Source of the DNA: Moniliella sp. 'wahieum'
Taxonomy: Eukaryota
DNA: 64,000 nucleotides
NCBI GenBank assembly: GCA_003971905.1
Contig: RSEE01000016.1
Location: 434,001-498,000 of the forward strand
Reading direction: 5' to 3'
Shown: piece after piece, positions 38,938 to 51,014 of the stretch
Numbering within the stretch: the first letter of the stretch is position 1
How the letters are laid out: the number at the start of each line of letters is the position of its first letter
Notes under the pieces: model-generated
Database searches by the model: none
What the model was told of the DNA's origin: nothing
The model's input: the letters and a program-made list of their open reading frames with translations, nothing else
Position numbers and translations under genes: made by a program

Positions 38938-39994
38938 GTCGGAAATAAAGGGCAGACGCGTGCTCCAGAGTTCGACACTGCAAGCGCAGACGGAAAAGGA
39001 GACAACGGCGATGGTGGTGGCGATGGAGTTGAAGAGTAGTCCACCGTACCCCGCCGCTAGCGCTAGCAGACGCGGCGGCGACAACTCTGGCACACTAGTC
39101 ATAACCCTACCCCCACGCTCTGTCAACCGTGTCTGCTATGCCACGTCGCCTGTGACATGTGACATGTGACACGTGACGCGTGAAGATGCATGAGCCTGAG
39201 GTCTGGGGGGATGGTATCCTTAGTAGCCAGGCTAGCAACACTCCCCCTCAACTCCGGCAATTTCTCCACCACATTTTTCTTCAGCCACGCAAACTCCATC
39301 CCTGTTCTCCGCTTGGGGCCCTACCATTGCTGAGGATGGCCCAGTCATGGACAGACAGAGGCCAAGGCGGCAGGTGTGAGGCTATACGGCAAGCGAGATG
39401 TTTTCGCGGTGAGAGTGCCCTCGAGGTGCAAACAAACGCATATACACGCGTAGGCTTCTCGGAAGTCAAAGAGGGGACAGCAAACCAGACCGTCCAGCCG
39501 TATAGCATCGTGACACGCGAGTAACGCGCAACGCGCCAACGTGGGCGGGCCAAAATAAATGACGGCGGGTGAGGTAGGACCCTCACATCGGAGGTTTCGT
39601 CGCAGACTAGGGGACGGCGCTCACGGCGAGCAGAGGGCATCATGCATCAGGTCGGGTGAGCAGCCCATTGGTGACCTGGATGGGAGGCGATCGGTACAAA
39701 GGCCAGGATTGCGATTCAAATTTCACTTGCACTCCACACCGGTGCCAGCCGGCCGTTCGGAAGGCGGGGCCAGTAGGGTTGGAGGCAAGCAAGCGCCCTG
39801 CTGGAATTTCTAAGCGGGGCCCGGGCACGGGGGCGGTGCTCACCTAATATGCCTGACAGCGCACGGCCAAAGCCGGCACCGGCACAGGACGAGTGTCCCG
39901 CCCGGACGGCCCCCGTGGCCGCTTCTTCAGGCTGGGGCTGGAGGCGCTTGGCTGGCGGTGCTTTGCGAGGCCTTGCCCGACACCCTCCACCGCC

Positions 39995-41210
39995 ATGTTC
40001 GCTCGTGTTGCTGCTGCCCGTGCCCTGCAGGCTACCTCGGCCGCCCCTGCGGTGCGTGGCTTCCACGCCTCCGCCCAGGCTGCCACGCTGCGTGAGCTGG
40101 AGCAGCGGATCAAGTCTGTCGGCAACATTGAGAAGATCACCAAGTCGATGAAGATGATTGCCTCGACCCAGCTCAACAAGGCCCAGCGGCATGGAGGCTG
40201 CTAAGGCATACGGCAATGCCAACCAGGGTGAGTGCCTGTTCTGTGATGCTCTGATTGGTCCCAATCCGATGGCTTGTTGGTAGTTTTCAGGGTGGTCTGC
40301 ATGAGGCTTCTTTGGAAACACCATCTTTGCTTGCCGCCGTGCCAAATCCCTTCCACACCCAGTGAACCTACGGCCCTGCTCTTGTCCCCACTTCAGGCTT
40401 GTGGGGCGCGTTGGCCCGAACGGGAATGGGGACGCGTCCAGGAGGTGATGGGACCAGAAGGCGGGACACGGTTGGGACTTGCTCCGCTCCCGGCTAAATG
40501 GACCATCCATCCTTCTTATCCCGATTTGTGCTGACCCTTTACACCAGAGATCTTCAAGCAGACTGGTGCCAAGGCCCCGGAGGCGGCAAGCAGCTGATTG
40601 TCGTTGTGTCGTCGGACAAGGGTCTCTGCGGTGGTATTCACTCGGCGGTTACGAAGAAGACGCGGCAAGAGTACTCTAACGCGCCCGAGGGTGACAAGCC
40701 CAGATCATTGTGGTCGGTGACAAGTCCAAGGCGCAGCTGCACCGTGCTCTTCCAGAGGCTCTGGTGCTCTCTTTCAGCGGGTTTGGTAAGGAGAACGCCA
40801 CGTTCGCCGACGCTGCCGCTATCACCGACCTGATCTTTGCTCAAGGTCTTGAGTTTGACTCGATCAAGATTGTGTACAACAAGTACATGTCTGCCATCTC
40901 GTTCGAGTCGGTTGCAGACAGTGTGTACGCCGAGAAGGTCCTTGCTGAGGCCCCTGAGTTCAACGTGTACGAGGCCGAGGAGGAATATGTCTCGGATCTT
41001 GCCCAGTTCTCCATTTGCAACGCCATCTTTGCTGCTCTGGCTGAGGGCCACGCATCAGAGATCAACTCCAAGCGGAACGCTATGGACAACGCCTCCAAGA
41101 ACGCCGGCGAAATGATCACCAGCCTCAACATGGCATACAACCGTGGTCGCCAGGCTGCCATTACCAACGAGCTTGTCGAGATTATCACGGGTGCATCGGC
41201 AATGGAGTAA
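39995..41210 (+). CDS. ATP3: Mitochondrial F1 ATP synthase gamma subunit; one 320-nt intron, small frameshifts
   Basis: Presequence MFARVAAARALQA; ATLRELEQRIKSVGNIEKITKSMKMIAS; SSDKGLCGGIHS; EGHASEINSKRNAMDNASKNAGEMI..YNRGRQAAITNELVEIITGASA; intron 40228-40547 (GTGAGT..GCTGAC..CAG). Confidence 0.97.
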
Positions 41211-41931
41211 GACGCATGAACGTTTAATCCGGGTGCCACGACGCCAACCAAGAAAGTTATTCCATCCATCCCTTGGGCCTGTTGTGTTGGGTCGCTTGAC
41301 ATCGATATAGTCGAGGTCGTACGTTGTCCTCGGTGTGCTTCGGTGCTGGGCCCATCGCTGTTGACTGAGAAAGTTCACCTGAACAAGCAGTGGCGACGTT
41401 GGGCTATCATGTATCATTTTGGTTGCGCCTGCATCCTATGTAGGCCTGCAATACAGTTGAGAGCCGCCAGACTGGGCCACGTTTGTATCTTGAGACGTTC
41501 CGCGTTGGTAGTCTGAGGCCTCAGTCTGAGGAGGGTCTTAGTGGCCCGTCTTCAGGGCTGTTATAACTATCGACGTCGCAGGTCTCTTCCTCATCAACCT
41601 CATAGGCCTCATCGACTTCATCGACCACCTGATGGCGTTGTTGATGTCTGTCTCCTTCCTTGGGTGCCATGACCCAGGATGGGGTGCCAATGAGGAACGG
41701 GTGGGCAGGGCAAGGAGCTTGCTGTTCTCCACTTCCACTCTATATTTCACCTATCCTCATTCTCTCGCCGCGGACGCCCAACCGATGGGGAATCTAAACT
41801 ATTGAGGAGACAGCAAGGCATGGTGCAGTAGATTGTTAGCACAGCCCAAGCAGGCAGACAGGTGGGGGCAACACAATGCCCGTATGCGGGTCATACAAAA
41901 GCAACATAACCGCTGGCTCATTAGTATCTGA

Positions 41932-43858
41932 TCAATTAGCCCTTGGCAGCGGAGCGACGCGACGTGGATCCCGACGGGTCGGGCGGGGGAAGGCTTGAGA
42001 GAAGGTGAGTCTTCTACTAGCTCGGCTTGGGTAGGAATGCGTGCGGGGGCGGGGGCGAGAGATTGGGCGGGACAGATTGTGGGGTCTGCGGCGCGGGACT
42101 GTGGTCTGGGTTCGGAGAGTGCCGTTGGGCATGGCCCAGGCAAGCACGAGTGCCGGAAGGAGCACGGCAGTGGCGAGGATGCAGGTGAGGTACATGACGC
42201 GTACCCAGGCCTGGATGATCCCCGTCCGCTCGGGTGAGCCAAGCGGATAGGAAAGCGCGGTGGAGAGGGAGCCGTAGATTTTGCGGCGCTGCTCAGCATC
42301 AAGCTGAGGAAGCAGTTCGGCCAGGTGCCGGGGCAGACGGTCGGACACAATCAACCCAGCCAGCGCCGAGCCCAACGCCGCCCCCACCTCGGTCACCAGC
42401 AGTTGGAACGCCGTCACCGTTGCCACATCCCGAGGAGCAGCATAGACTTGCGCCGCGACCTGCATCGTGATGGCCACCGCGCCGCCTCCGACGCCTTGCA
42501 GCAGTTGGCACAAGACCAGGAGGGGAGTTTGGTCTTCATTATTACGGAAGCGTACCATCAAGCTTACCCCCACAATCCGCACCACCACGCCGAGGATCAT
42601 GAGCGTTCGGAAACGTCGGGTGGTCGACATGACCCATCCGACCATCAGACCAACAAGAGTGGAGGTGATGTTCTGGGTGGTGGAGAAGTAGGCAGTGCGG
42701 GTCTGATTCCATCCCTTGACAACCTGAATAAAGGCCGATAGGTAGGTGAAGGTGAGGGTGAACGAGGCAAAGTCAACCAGTCCGAGGAGGCAAACATAGA
42801 TAGTTTGTCGGCGGAGTGCATGGATGGGCACGATGGGAGTCTGGGTGCGGGTCTGCCAGTAGAGACACAGCGCAAGAGTGTTCCCCCAGCCAGCGCGTAC
42901 TGGGCATTGTCCTTGGATGAAAGTTGGTCCCGAAGTGTCAAAGGTAATAGCAATAGGAGCCAGCCAACGGCAAACAGGCACAAACCGAAAAAGTCCAGCG
43001 AAGCACCAAGACGTCTCATTTTCTTCCCCCATGTCAAAGCATGAGGAAGATAGGAGGCGGAGTGCCGACCTCTGATCCCGTGGGCGTGAACTGAGATGAA
43101 GCGCGGGGGCGCATGAGGGGCGTGGTAGCAGAGAAAGGAGACGGAGGTTGGGCGGATGAAGCTGGGTCATCCGGAGCAGGCACCCGGCGCCGGATTTTGC
43201 CTGGTCAATAGAGAGGACGATGAGCAGCGGCAAGGCGGCCAGGGGTACAAGCACTGCGTACGCGCCAATCCCTACTCGCCAACTGGCGTTTCGAACGACC
43301 GAGGTCAGCGAGTGGGCCAGCAAGAGCAAAGTTGATCAGGTATGGCAGATTGATTGCCCCAGCACCAGGCCGCGATATTGAGGCGAAGTCGTGTCTGCAA
43401 TGATGATGCTTTGAAGAACTTGTATTCCCGTCGTTCCGGCAGACTGGATGACGACGCCCAGCAAGAAGCTCCGAAATGTGCCTGCTGTGGCGACAAGGCT
43501 GTATCCTCCGAGTAGAACGCGAGTGCGAGTGCCAAGGCCTCGGCTCGACCAAACACATCACTTACCACGGCAATGGGGGGCTTGGCCACAGCATAGACCA
43601 TCTGCTGGGCAATGCTGACAGTGGAAAAGGAGGCGAGCGCACCAAAATCCGAGAGACCCCAGTTGTAGTACAGATAGGCTGTATTGGACTCGAGCGAAGT
43701 GAAAAAACAAACGCAGAAGATGGCGCCGTACATGACGGCGAGGCGGCGGCGGCGGGCCCGCGCTGCGCGCATCGCCGCTCCACAACAGGGCTCGGGCGCG
43801 GACCAGACGCTGGAGGTACGGGCAAGATAACCTGAGGAGGGCGGATGATAGGTGGCAT
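41932..43858 (-). CDS. MFS siderophore-iron transporter family protein (SIT/ARN/MirB-like); frameshifted
   Basis: FFTSLESNT..AVAKPPIAVVSDVFGRAEA, IIIADTTS, WRVGIG, LDFFGLCLFAVG, QLLQGVGGG, KIYGSLSTALSYPLGSPERTGIIQAW. Confidence 0.88.
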
Positions 43859-44017
43859 TGTATTGGCGGGTGGAGGGTGTTGGCTAGGCAGTAAAGGCTC
43901 TTGCTCTGTCCCAGATCCTGTGCCGTTAAGCCTCCGTTGTCAGAGCAAGGACCCGATACAGCAAGGGGCAACGTGAGATGAGTAGGCGATGGAAGGGGTG
44001 GGTGAGCGATGGGGCAG

Positions 44018-44705
44018 TCAGGACTGTGCTCTAACGCGGGATGGGACAAGTGGACGGGGGAGTGCAGGGGCGAACGTGGGGGAGGAAAAAGAGTGTTGAC
44101 GGTGGTGGTGTTGAACGGTCAACCGACACGTCCGCCAGGTGGCATGCAGAGCGGCAGGAGAAGATAGTTGAGGTGCATCTTCCTCCTGCTCATCATCTCT
44201 TCTTCCTCTTCTTCCTCTTTTCATCGTCGTCATCGTCCTCGCCTTCTTCGCTGGCCGCTGTGTCGTGAATGCGCGGGGAGGGGGGGGACGAAAGAGAAAA
44301 CTAGCCTCCAGAGCAGCCACCTCGGCCCCGGCCAGTTGGTTGGGCCCCAAGAGAAGGGAGATGGCGCGCGGGAGCGATGGGGAGGAAGCGGCCGGGTCGG
44401 ACGGGGAGGCGGTGGACGCCGACGACGCCGACAGGGCCGGCGAGCGGGCGGGCCAGCACTTGGCAGGCGGGCCAGGGCAGACATGGGACACAGGCCGAAC
44501 CCAGGCAGCCAGCAGTCGCACCTGGCCTAGCTGATCAGCTCCAGCGGTGTGGAGGCCGGCGGGATCTCGGGGTGGTTGCGGTGTGGTGGGTGGTGGCAGC
44601 CCTCCAGCCACCCGCTGGCCCAGACGGCGTAGGCCGAGCTGGCATATTTGGTACACCGGCACACTGCCCCTGCGCCGCCTGCAACAGCACGTGGCTACGA
44701 TCCAT
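44018..44705 (-). CDS. Small hypothetical protein (frameshifted), divergent from acylphosphatase
   Basis: ATG at 44705 (MDRSHVLLQAAQ); coding-like segments YQICQLGLRRLG and RAISLLLGPNQL..LEASFLF; NLS-like RPAKKAR plus acidic tail; no family recognised. Confidence 0.35.
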
Positions 44706-44772
44706 TTCACATTTTTTGTCCCGCCTTCCACCTCCACGAGTCGGGAGATCGAATTGGTGATCTTCATCGGCC

Positions 44773-45116
44773 ATGCCGCGCATTGACTTTCGTGGTATGT
44801 CCTCCGCCTGCCTGTGCCGCGTGCCTGTGCAGGCGCGACTGACCCCCGCCAGTGACCGGCAAAGTGCAGGGCGTCTTTTTCCGTCGCCACACCATCACCA
44901 CCGCCCAGCAACTCGGCCTGCGCGGCTGGGTGCGCAACGATCCCGATGGCGCGGTCGTCGGCGAGGCGAGCGGGACGCAGGCCACGATGGACGCCTTCGT
45001 ATCCTTCTTGCACCAGGGCCCGCCAGCAGCCGGTGGACAAGGTCACCATTGTCCCGTCCCAGCTAGCCGACGAGGCGCTGCCGCTGCCCTTTGCGCTCCG
45101 CAAGCACCTCGCCTAA
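44773..45116 (+). CDS. Acylphosphatase
   Basis: MPRIDFR, intron 44795-44852 (GTATGT..ACTGAC..CAG), then VTGKVQGVFFR..LGLRGWVRN..DGAVVGEA..LHQGPPAA; one frameshift near the 3' end. Confidence 0.92.
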
Positions 45117-45455
45117 CCACGCAAATCTACGTGGAACTACTGGACAACATAGCAGATCTAAATAGCCTCGTGCCCTCGCCACTGTTGCCCCCAGACACCA
45201 TGCATGTCCAGTGTTCCTGCAAGCAGGGTACAGTCATTCAGTCATTCCGCCAGTGTTGGGTGCAGGCCGATGAGCGCGATGAGCAGCTCGCTGTACAGTT
45301 CCTCTGCGCAACACCCGACTCCATCGTCCCGGTATTCACCAGAGGAGACAGCTGGTTCCCTGGTGCTAGGCCCAGAGGGGATTTTTGCATCTCAGTCTAT
45401 CCAGGCGTATACGGCGCCCACAGAGGCGTCATCGGTTGGTACTTTGAGGTAGATG

Positions 45456-45672
45456 TGTTGGGACCCGTGGTCCCGTACTTAGGCCAAGGCGCCTCATCAC
45501 CCTTCACCCCTGATTTGTCCTCCGAAGCCTCCACGTGTATACTCAGGCTTGTCTGAACCCCTGTCTCTAGGTGTGGCACAAGGCTTAGACCTTAACCACC
45601 ACCATCGCGATTGCATTGCTCTACATTTCCAGAGGTTCTTCACCCAATCCCTTGGGTTCCTCCGGTCTTACA
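45456..45672 (+). repeat. 5' LTR of copia B
   Basis: TGTTGGGACC..GGTCTTACA, direct repeat of 50798-51014. Confidence 0.97.
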
Positions 45673-45778
45673 GAGTTACAATCCTCTTGACGCTCAGCCC
45701 TGAGCCTTCCACTCTTACACTCTTCGGTCCTCCGCTGCCGGCCCTATCCACAAGCGCTTGCTCGAACTGCGTAAGCTA

Positions 45779-48700
45779 ATGGCAAGCATCATGAGCTCTC
45801 AGACTCAGGAGTCTTGGTTCAACTCCTCAACCCCTACTTCACCAACTGCCGGAGCAGAAGAGAGCACCACTCCCGTCGGAGTTGACCACGCCTCCCCGCC
45901 GCTGACACCATCGCGTGAATCTACCCCTACACCTCAACCCACCCCCGTGGGCCCCGACAACACCGCGAACGACGTCGCCACCCTCGCCGACCGCATTCGC
46001 AACATGTTCAAATTGTTTCCCGAACACATCACCCTCAAACAGCTACAGGACACTGGTATCAAGCTTGGGTACAGCGAAAAGACGACCACAGAAGCCATTG
46101 TCATGTTATCATGTGAGAATCCACCCAATGCTAGCAAGAACGAAGGTGCCTTATCGTCAACTCCGGCCGTCGACGACAACCCGTGGGCTTTGACTCCCGA
46201 CAAGCTCCTCCGTAGTGCCACTCGCAGCAACGTGCCGTACCACGAGCGTTTCCACAACAACAGCTCGTTTTGGTTATGGACCCGGATCTTCCTCCCTCGT
46301 ATCCAGATTATCCCTGGAGCGCGTGAGCATCTGGAACAGGGCAAGGCCCTGGACGGGTATAACGCAGAACTGGACGCTCACTTGGCCAACATTCTACTCC
46401 CGTGGATAGACTCCGACGTCGTCCAGCAGATCACCGGCGATGGCACGCCGGCTCTAGGGTCTGCATACTATCATGCTCTGCGTGATTTGTACGGCACCGT
46501 TTCAGACACTGAGATCTGTGATATCCTCATAAAGGTTCTCACTCTCAAAATGGGCACCAAGTCGGGCCGCCAATACCTGAATGAGTTCACTGTGGCGGTA
46601 ACCCAGTACGAGATGACGTCCAAGTCCAAGCTGGACGAGATTGGTCTAGCACAGATGCTACGGAAAGGCGTTACTGATCAGGGGTGGTTGCACCTCCATC
46701 GTAACAGCAGCTACGCCGAATTGCGCCGAGCAGTGAGCGAACTCAAAGGCTCCAACTACGGCAGTACCTCCAGTTCAAGCCCAGCTCCCTCCAGTACGGC
46801 CCCTTCGGAAGCCACGTCGCACAGCCAAACAAGCAGTACGGTGACAGGCCGCGGACGAGGCCGAGGTGGCAGCGGGTACAGAGGAAGTCACCGTGGTGGC
46901 CAACGTGGCGGCCACTTTAGCCGGCCGGCTACGACAGCCCAGACCACCTCATCTGCCCATGCAGTAACCCCTATGGCAGCCACTACACCACCCAAGCCAG
47001 CCAACCTCCCTGCGCAACACGATTCAGGTGCGAGACCATCCGTATTCAATGAACGAAGTGCGTTTATCAATCTTCGTCCACACCGCGAGCCCATAGCAGT
47101 GGCAAACGGACAGATCGCATACACTGAAGGCATTGGCACCATCTCTATGTACATTCAAACCCAGAACGGAGCCCCTATCCGCATCCACCTACCCGGCAGC
47201 TTGTACTGCCCCACCTTCCCGACCAACCTGCTCAGCGCTTACCATCTATCTATCGCAGGCATTGGCAGCTGGATCCCTCCAGGTGGCCATGGTCTCTATC
47301 TCGGACGACACGGCGAACCTTTTCGTCTCGCCGCCGACTCAAGCTATTCCCTTACTCTGGCGCCCAATACGACAGCCACAGCCAACAGCGCCACTTCGCT
47401 ACTCAACCTTGATGCAACCCTGGTCAAGGTGAAAAACGCCCACATCCGATGGAATCATGCACCTCTAGATCAACTTTCATCCCTCACGTCGGATGACCCA
47501 GCATTCGAACGGGTCAACAGTGGCGACATCGCTTTAGTCCGGTCCTCGTGGCACTGTGCACCATGCGCATTAAGCAGAGCCACTGCCCCACCCCACGCCA
47601 CGACTGGACGCCCAATCCGAACCATTCGCCCTTTCTCTCTCCTCCACCTCGACGTCCTTGACATATCCCGCCAAGGCGGCGGGGTCATACTTACGCCCTT
47701 ATCATTGTCGACGACTTTACGCGGTATACCTGGACGCTACCCCTGGTGTCCAAGGGTGATGCCACAGCCGAACTTCAAGCCTTCATCCGGCGCGAGCATC
47801 GCCAACATCCCGACCGCCCCCTTCAGACGGTCCGCTCTGACAATGCGCCTGAACTCACCACCGCAATGGACGAGTTTTACTGCGAGCTGGGAGTAGTGAG
47901 CGAGCGCACCAATCCTGGCGAAAGTGCGTCCAATGGGGTCGCCGAACGCGCCATAAGATCGATTACGGATCGCGCTCGACTCATGGTAATCGCCAACAGA
48001 TTGACTCCCGACGAGTGGTGGGAACACAGCTTGTTGGCGGCCACATATGCACACAACCAGTCGCCGCCGAAAGCACTGGGTGGGGACAGCCGATTTGTCC
48101 GGTACCATGGCTTCAAACCCTCCCTTCGCATGCGCGGTTTTGGCACTCTTGCCTACCTGCACCTATTGCCCAACCAACGCGAGGGCGGCAAACTTGGTCC
48201 GCGGGCCGTCCCAGCAATGTTGGTGGGTTACGGGCACGGCCGCGGTTCGAAGGGGTGGCTCTTTGCCATCCACCAGGACGACGGCCAAGTTGGATTCCGT
48301 TGGAAAAAGCCGTCCACCTGGACGCATGTCCCGTACACCACCGAATATCCCACGCACTTTCATCTGGACCCCCTTGTCCCTGCTGGTGGCGGAGAGGTGC
48401 GGGGGGGCGGAGAAATGGGTGCTGGTGGGAAGTCAGACAGCTCCCCACCCCGGCGTGTGCGTTTTGCGATAGATGAACTGACCCGCGATACTAATGGTAA
48501 GAAAGACAATGCCCCCCATGGAAAAAGAAAATTAAAAGAACGAAAAACAGAGGCACATCGCCCGGCTCAAGCCAACGAAAATGAGAATTCAGAGCCTGGC
48601 CCCACTCCCACCAACTCCAACCCCCCACATGTATCCCCCCAACCTGTTGCATCTGACCCCGCAGGCATGGCACAACGCCAGGCAAAGCAAGCCGAAGAAA

Positions 48701-50732
48701 ATGAAACTATCACAGAAGATGCCGTTGACACTGGCCACCAAGTCCTGCTTTCCCCTCCCTCTTCCACTTCCCCTTCCTCTCCCGCCCTATCCCCCTCCCC
48801 TCTTCCCCCACCGACACGCTCGCCCCCGTGACCGTGCCCCTGACCGATACAGCCGTCCCCGCACTCGTGCGTCGCAATCCCGTTCGCCAAGCGCGTATCA
48901 ACGCTCCACCCCTCGACCTGTCCATTCCAGCCAACGACAATTTGCGCGATGGCACCTTTTCCCTGCTCGTCAACAAGGCCCCTAGCATCTTTGGCAACCC
49001 GGCCGCCCTCTCCGCCCTAGGAATGCAGGCTTTGGTGAGTATTTTCGGACCAGCGCCGGACACATCCATGCTACCTGCTTCGGAGCCAAGCTCGCCCCCC
49101 ATTGCACTCGCAATCGAATCCGCGGCAAGTGACACCGAGGTCATACTGACCACCGATGGGGTCCCGGTGGCCCCCAAGAACATCAAGAAGTTGGTGGGTC
49201 ACCCTGCCTTTGATGGCGTACTCGAGGCAATGCGCCTCGAGCTTCGGCGTTTTGACGAGCGTGACGTGAAGGAAGTTGTACCCATCCCCCCAGGGATCAA
49301 ACCCCTTCCCGGCATGTGGGTCATAGGTACTAAGACGGATGCGGATGCTAACTTCCTCAAGTACCGTGCCCGCTACGTTGTGGGAGGGCACCGGCAAGTT
49401 CCTGGCACATGGGCGAAATCTTTTGCTCCTGCCGTTCGTACTGCTGCCGTCAACACGCTAATTGCGTTGGCCGAAGCTGATGGCCTCCACTTATTTTCTG
49501 CCGATGTGGAAGCTGCCTACCTCTATGCCGATATCAACGAGCTCGTCTATGTTCGACCACCCCCCTTCTTCCCAGAAGCGCCCGGTCATTGCTGGAGACT
49601 CAAGAAAAGTCTCTATGGCCTGCACCAGAGCGGGGCCAACTTTGGAGATTGGCTCCGCACTTTCCTTTGCGACCGACTCCACTTCACTAGCCTAAAATCA
49701 GAGCCTTGCCTGTTCATACGTCGCACCGAACCTCTTGGCCTGATCCTAATCGCCGTCCACACTGACGACTTTTTGGTCGCGTGTCGGTCCCAAGAAGCGT
49801 ATGATGAATTCTTAGTGGAATTAAGGCGCAGCATCCAAATTAAGTCCAACGGCCCCCTACGTTTCCATCTCGGCTGCCAATACGACCGTATCGATGGACG
49901 ACTGTACATCAGCCAACCCAAATTCATCGCTGAGACGCTTGCCGCGCATGACATATCACCTCACCGGCCCCGCTACCTTCCAATCGGCCACCAACTTCCG
50001 CCTCCCAAGCGACCCGAACACGAAAAGCGTGCCACTCGAGACGAGCACCGTGCCTACCGTTCTATTGTCGGATCCAGCTTGTGGGCGGCTCGTATGTCCC
50101 GGCCTGATGCCCTCTTTGCGGCTACCTTTTTAGCGCGGTTTATGGACGACCCGTCCGCCGCCCACCGACGCGCAGCGGAGGACCTATTACGTTTCTTCGC
50201 CGGTACGTCTGACTACTCTTTGTGCCTCACACCCAACCGATCTCGCCCTCTACTCGAGCTGCACACCGATGCCTCCTTTGCATCAGACAAGAGCAACTCT
50301 CACTCCGTTTCGGGCCATGTTGTTTTTGTTTTCGGTGTGCCTGTATCCTGGGGCTCCAAGTCCCAAAATCAAGGTGTGAGCAACACAGCAGCATCTGAAT
50401 ACCTAGCCATGGGAGATGGCCTTCGAGATGCTCTATTCATTCGCAACATACTGTTTGAACTTGGTGTCTGCAAGGCTAATCACCCGATTGAGCTCTTTGT
50501 TGACAACACCGCTGCCAAAGCGTTGGCCGAAAAGCTCGGCAGCCTAGGCAAAATACGGGAGATTGACGTCTCGTACCACGAGGTGCGGGAACGCATCCAC
50601 CGAGGCGAAATTAAAGTCCACTACACTCCAGGTGCACACCATCTCCCTGACTGGTTCACCAAACCTCTTTCTCTTCCCAAGATCATTTCTGCGCGTAACA
50701 ATTTCGATTTGGCTTCTCTTTCTTCGCGCTGA
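45779..50732 (+). CDS. Gag-Pol polyprotein of copia B, a few frameshifts
   Basis: ATG at 45779; RGG-rich Gag end; protease HDSGA; integrase AHIRWNH..CAPC, LHLDVL..IVDDFTRY..RSDNAPEL..SNGVAERAIR; GKLGPRA; RT YRARYVVGG, DVEAAYL, LKKSLYGLHQSG, VHTDD; RNase H HTDASFASD..SVSG..AASEYLA..VDN..LPDWFTKPL. Confidence 0.93.
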
Positions 50733-50797
50733 TCCCCTTTCTACTTTTCTTTTGTTGATGGCCAACGGGCTTCTTTCGTTCCCTTGGCCCGGGGGGG

Positions 50798-51014
50798 TGT
50801 TGGGACCCGTGGTCCCGTACTTAGGCCAAGGCGCCTCATCACCCTTCACCCCTGATTTGTCCTCCGAAGCCTCCACGTGTATACTCAGGCTTGTCTGAAC
50901 CCCTGTCTCTAGGTGTGGCACAAGGCTTAGACCTTAACCACCACCATCGCGATTGCATTGCTCTACATTTCCAGAGGTTCTTCACCCAATCCCTTGGGTT
51001 CCTCCGGTCTTACA
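50798..51014 (+). repeat. 3' LTR of copia B
   Basis: Direct repeat of 45456-45672, preceded by the PPT. Confidence 0.97.

Larger units (their letters stand above)
45456..51014 (+). mobile_element. Ty1/copia LTR retrotransposon B, full length (about 5.56 kb), very recent insertion
   Basis: 217-bp TG..CA LTRs at 45456-45672 and 50798-51014, identical by eye; TSD AGATG at 45451-45455 and 51015-51019; G7 PPT at 50791-50797; gag-PR-IN-RT-RH. Confidence 0.97.

Noticed and set aside
47660..48900. Programmed frameshifts within copia B pol
   Set aside because: The shifts fall inside the integrase and linker rather than at the gag-pol junction, and match the window-wide indel error pattern
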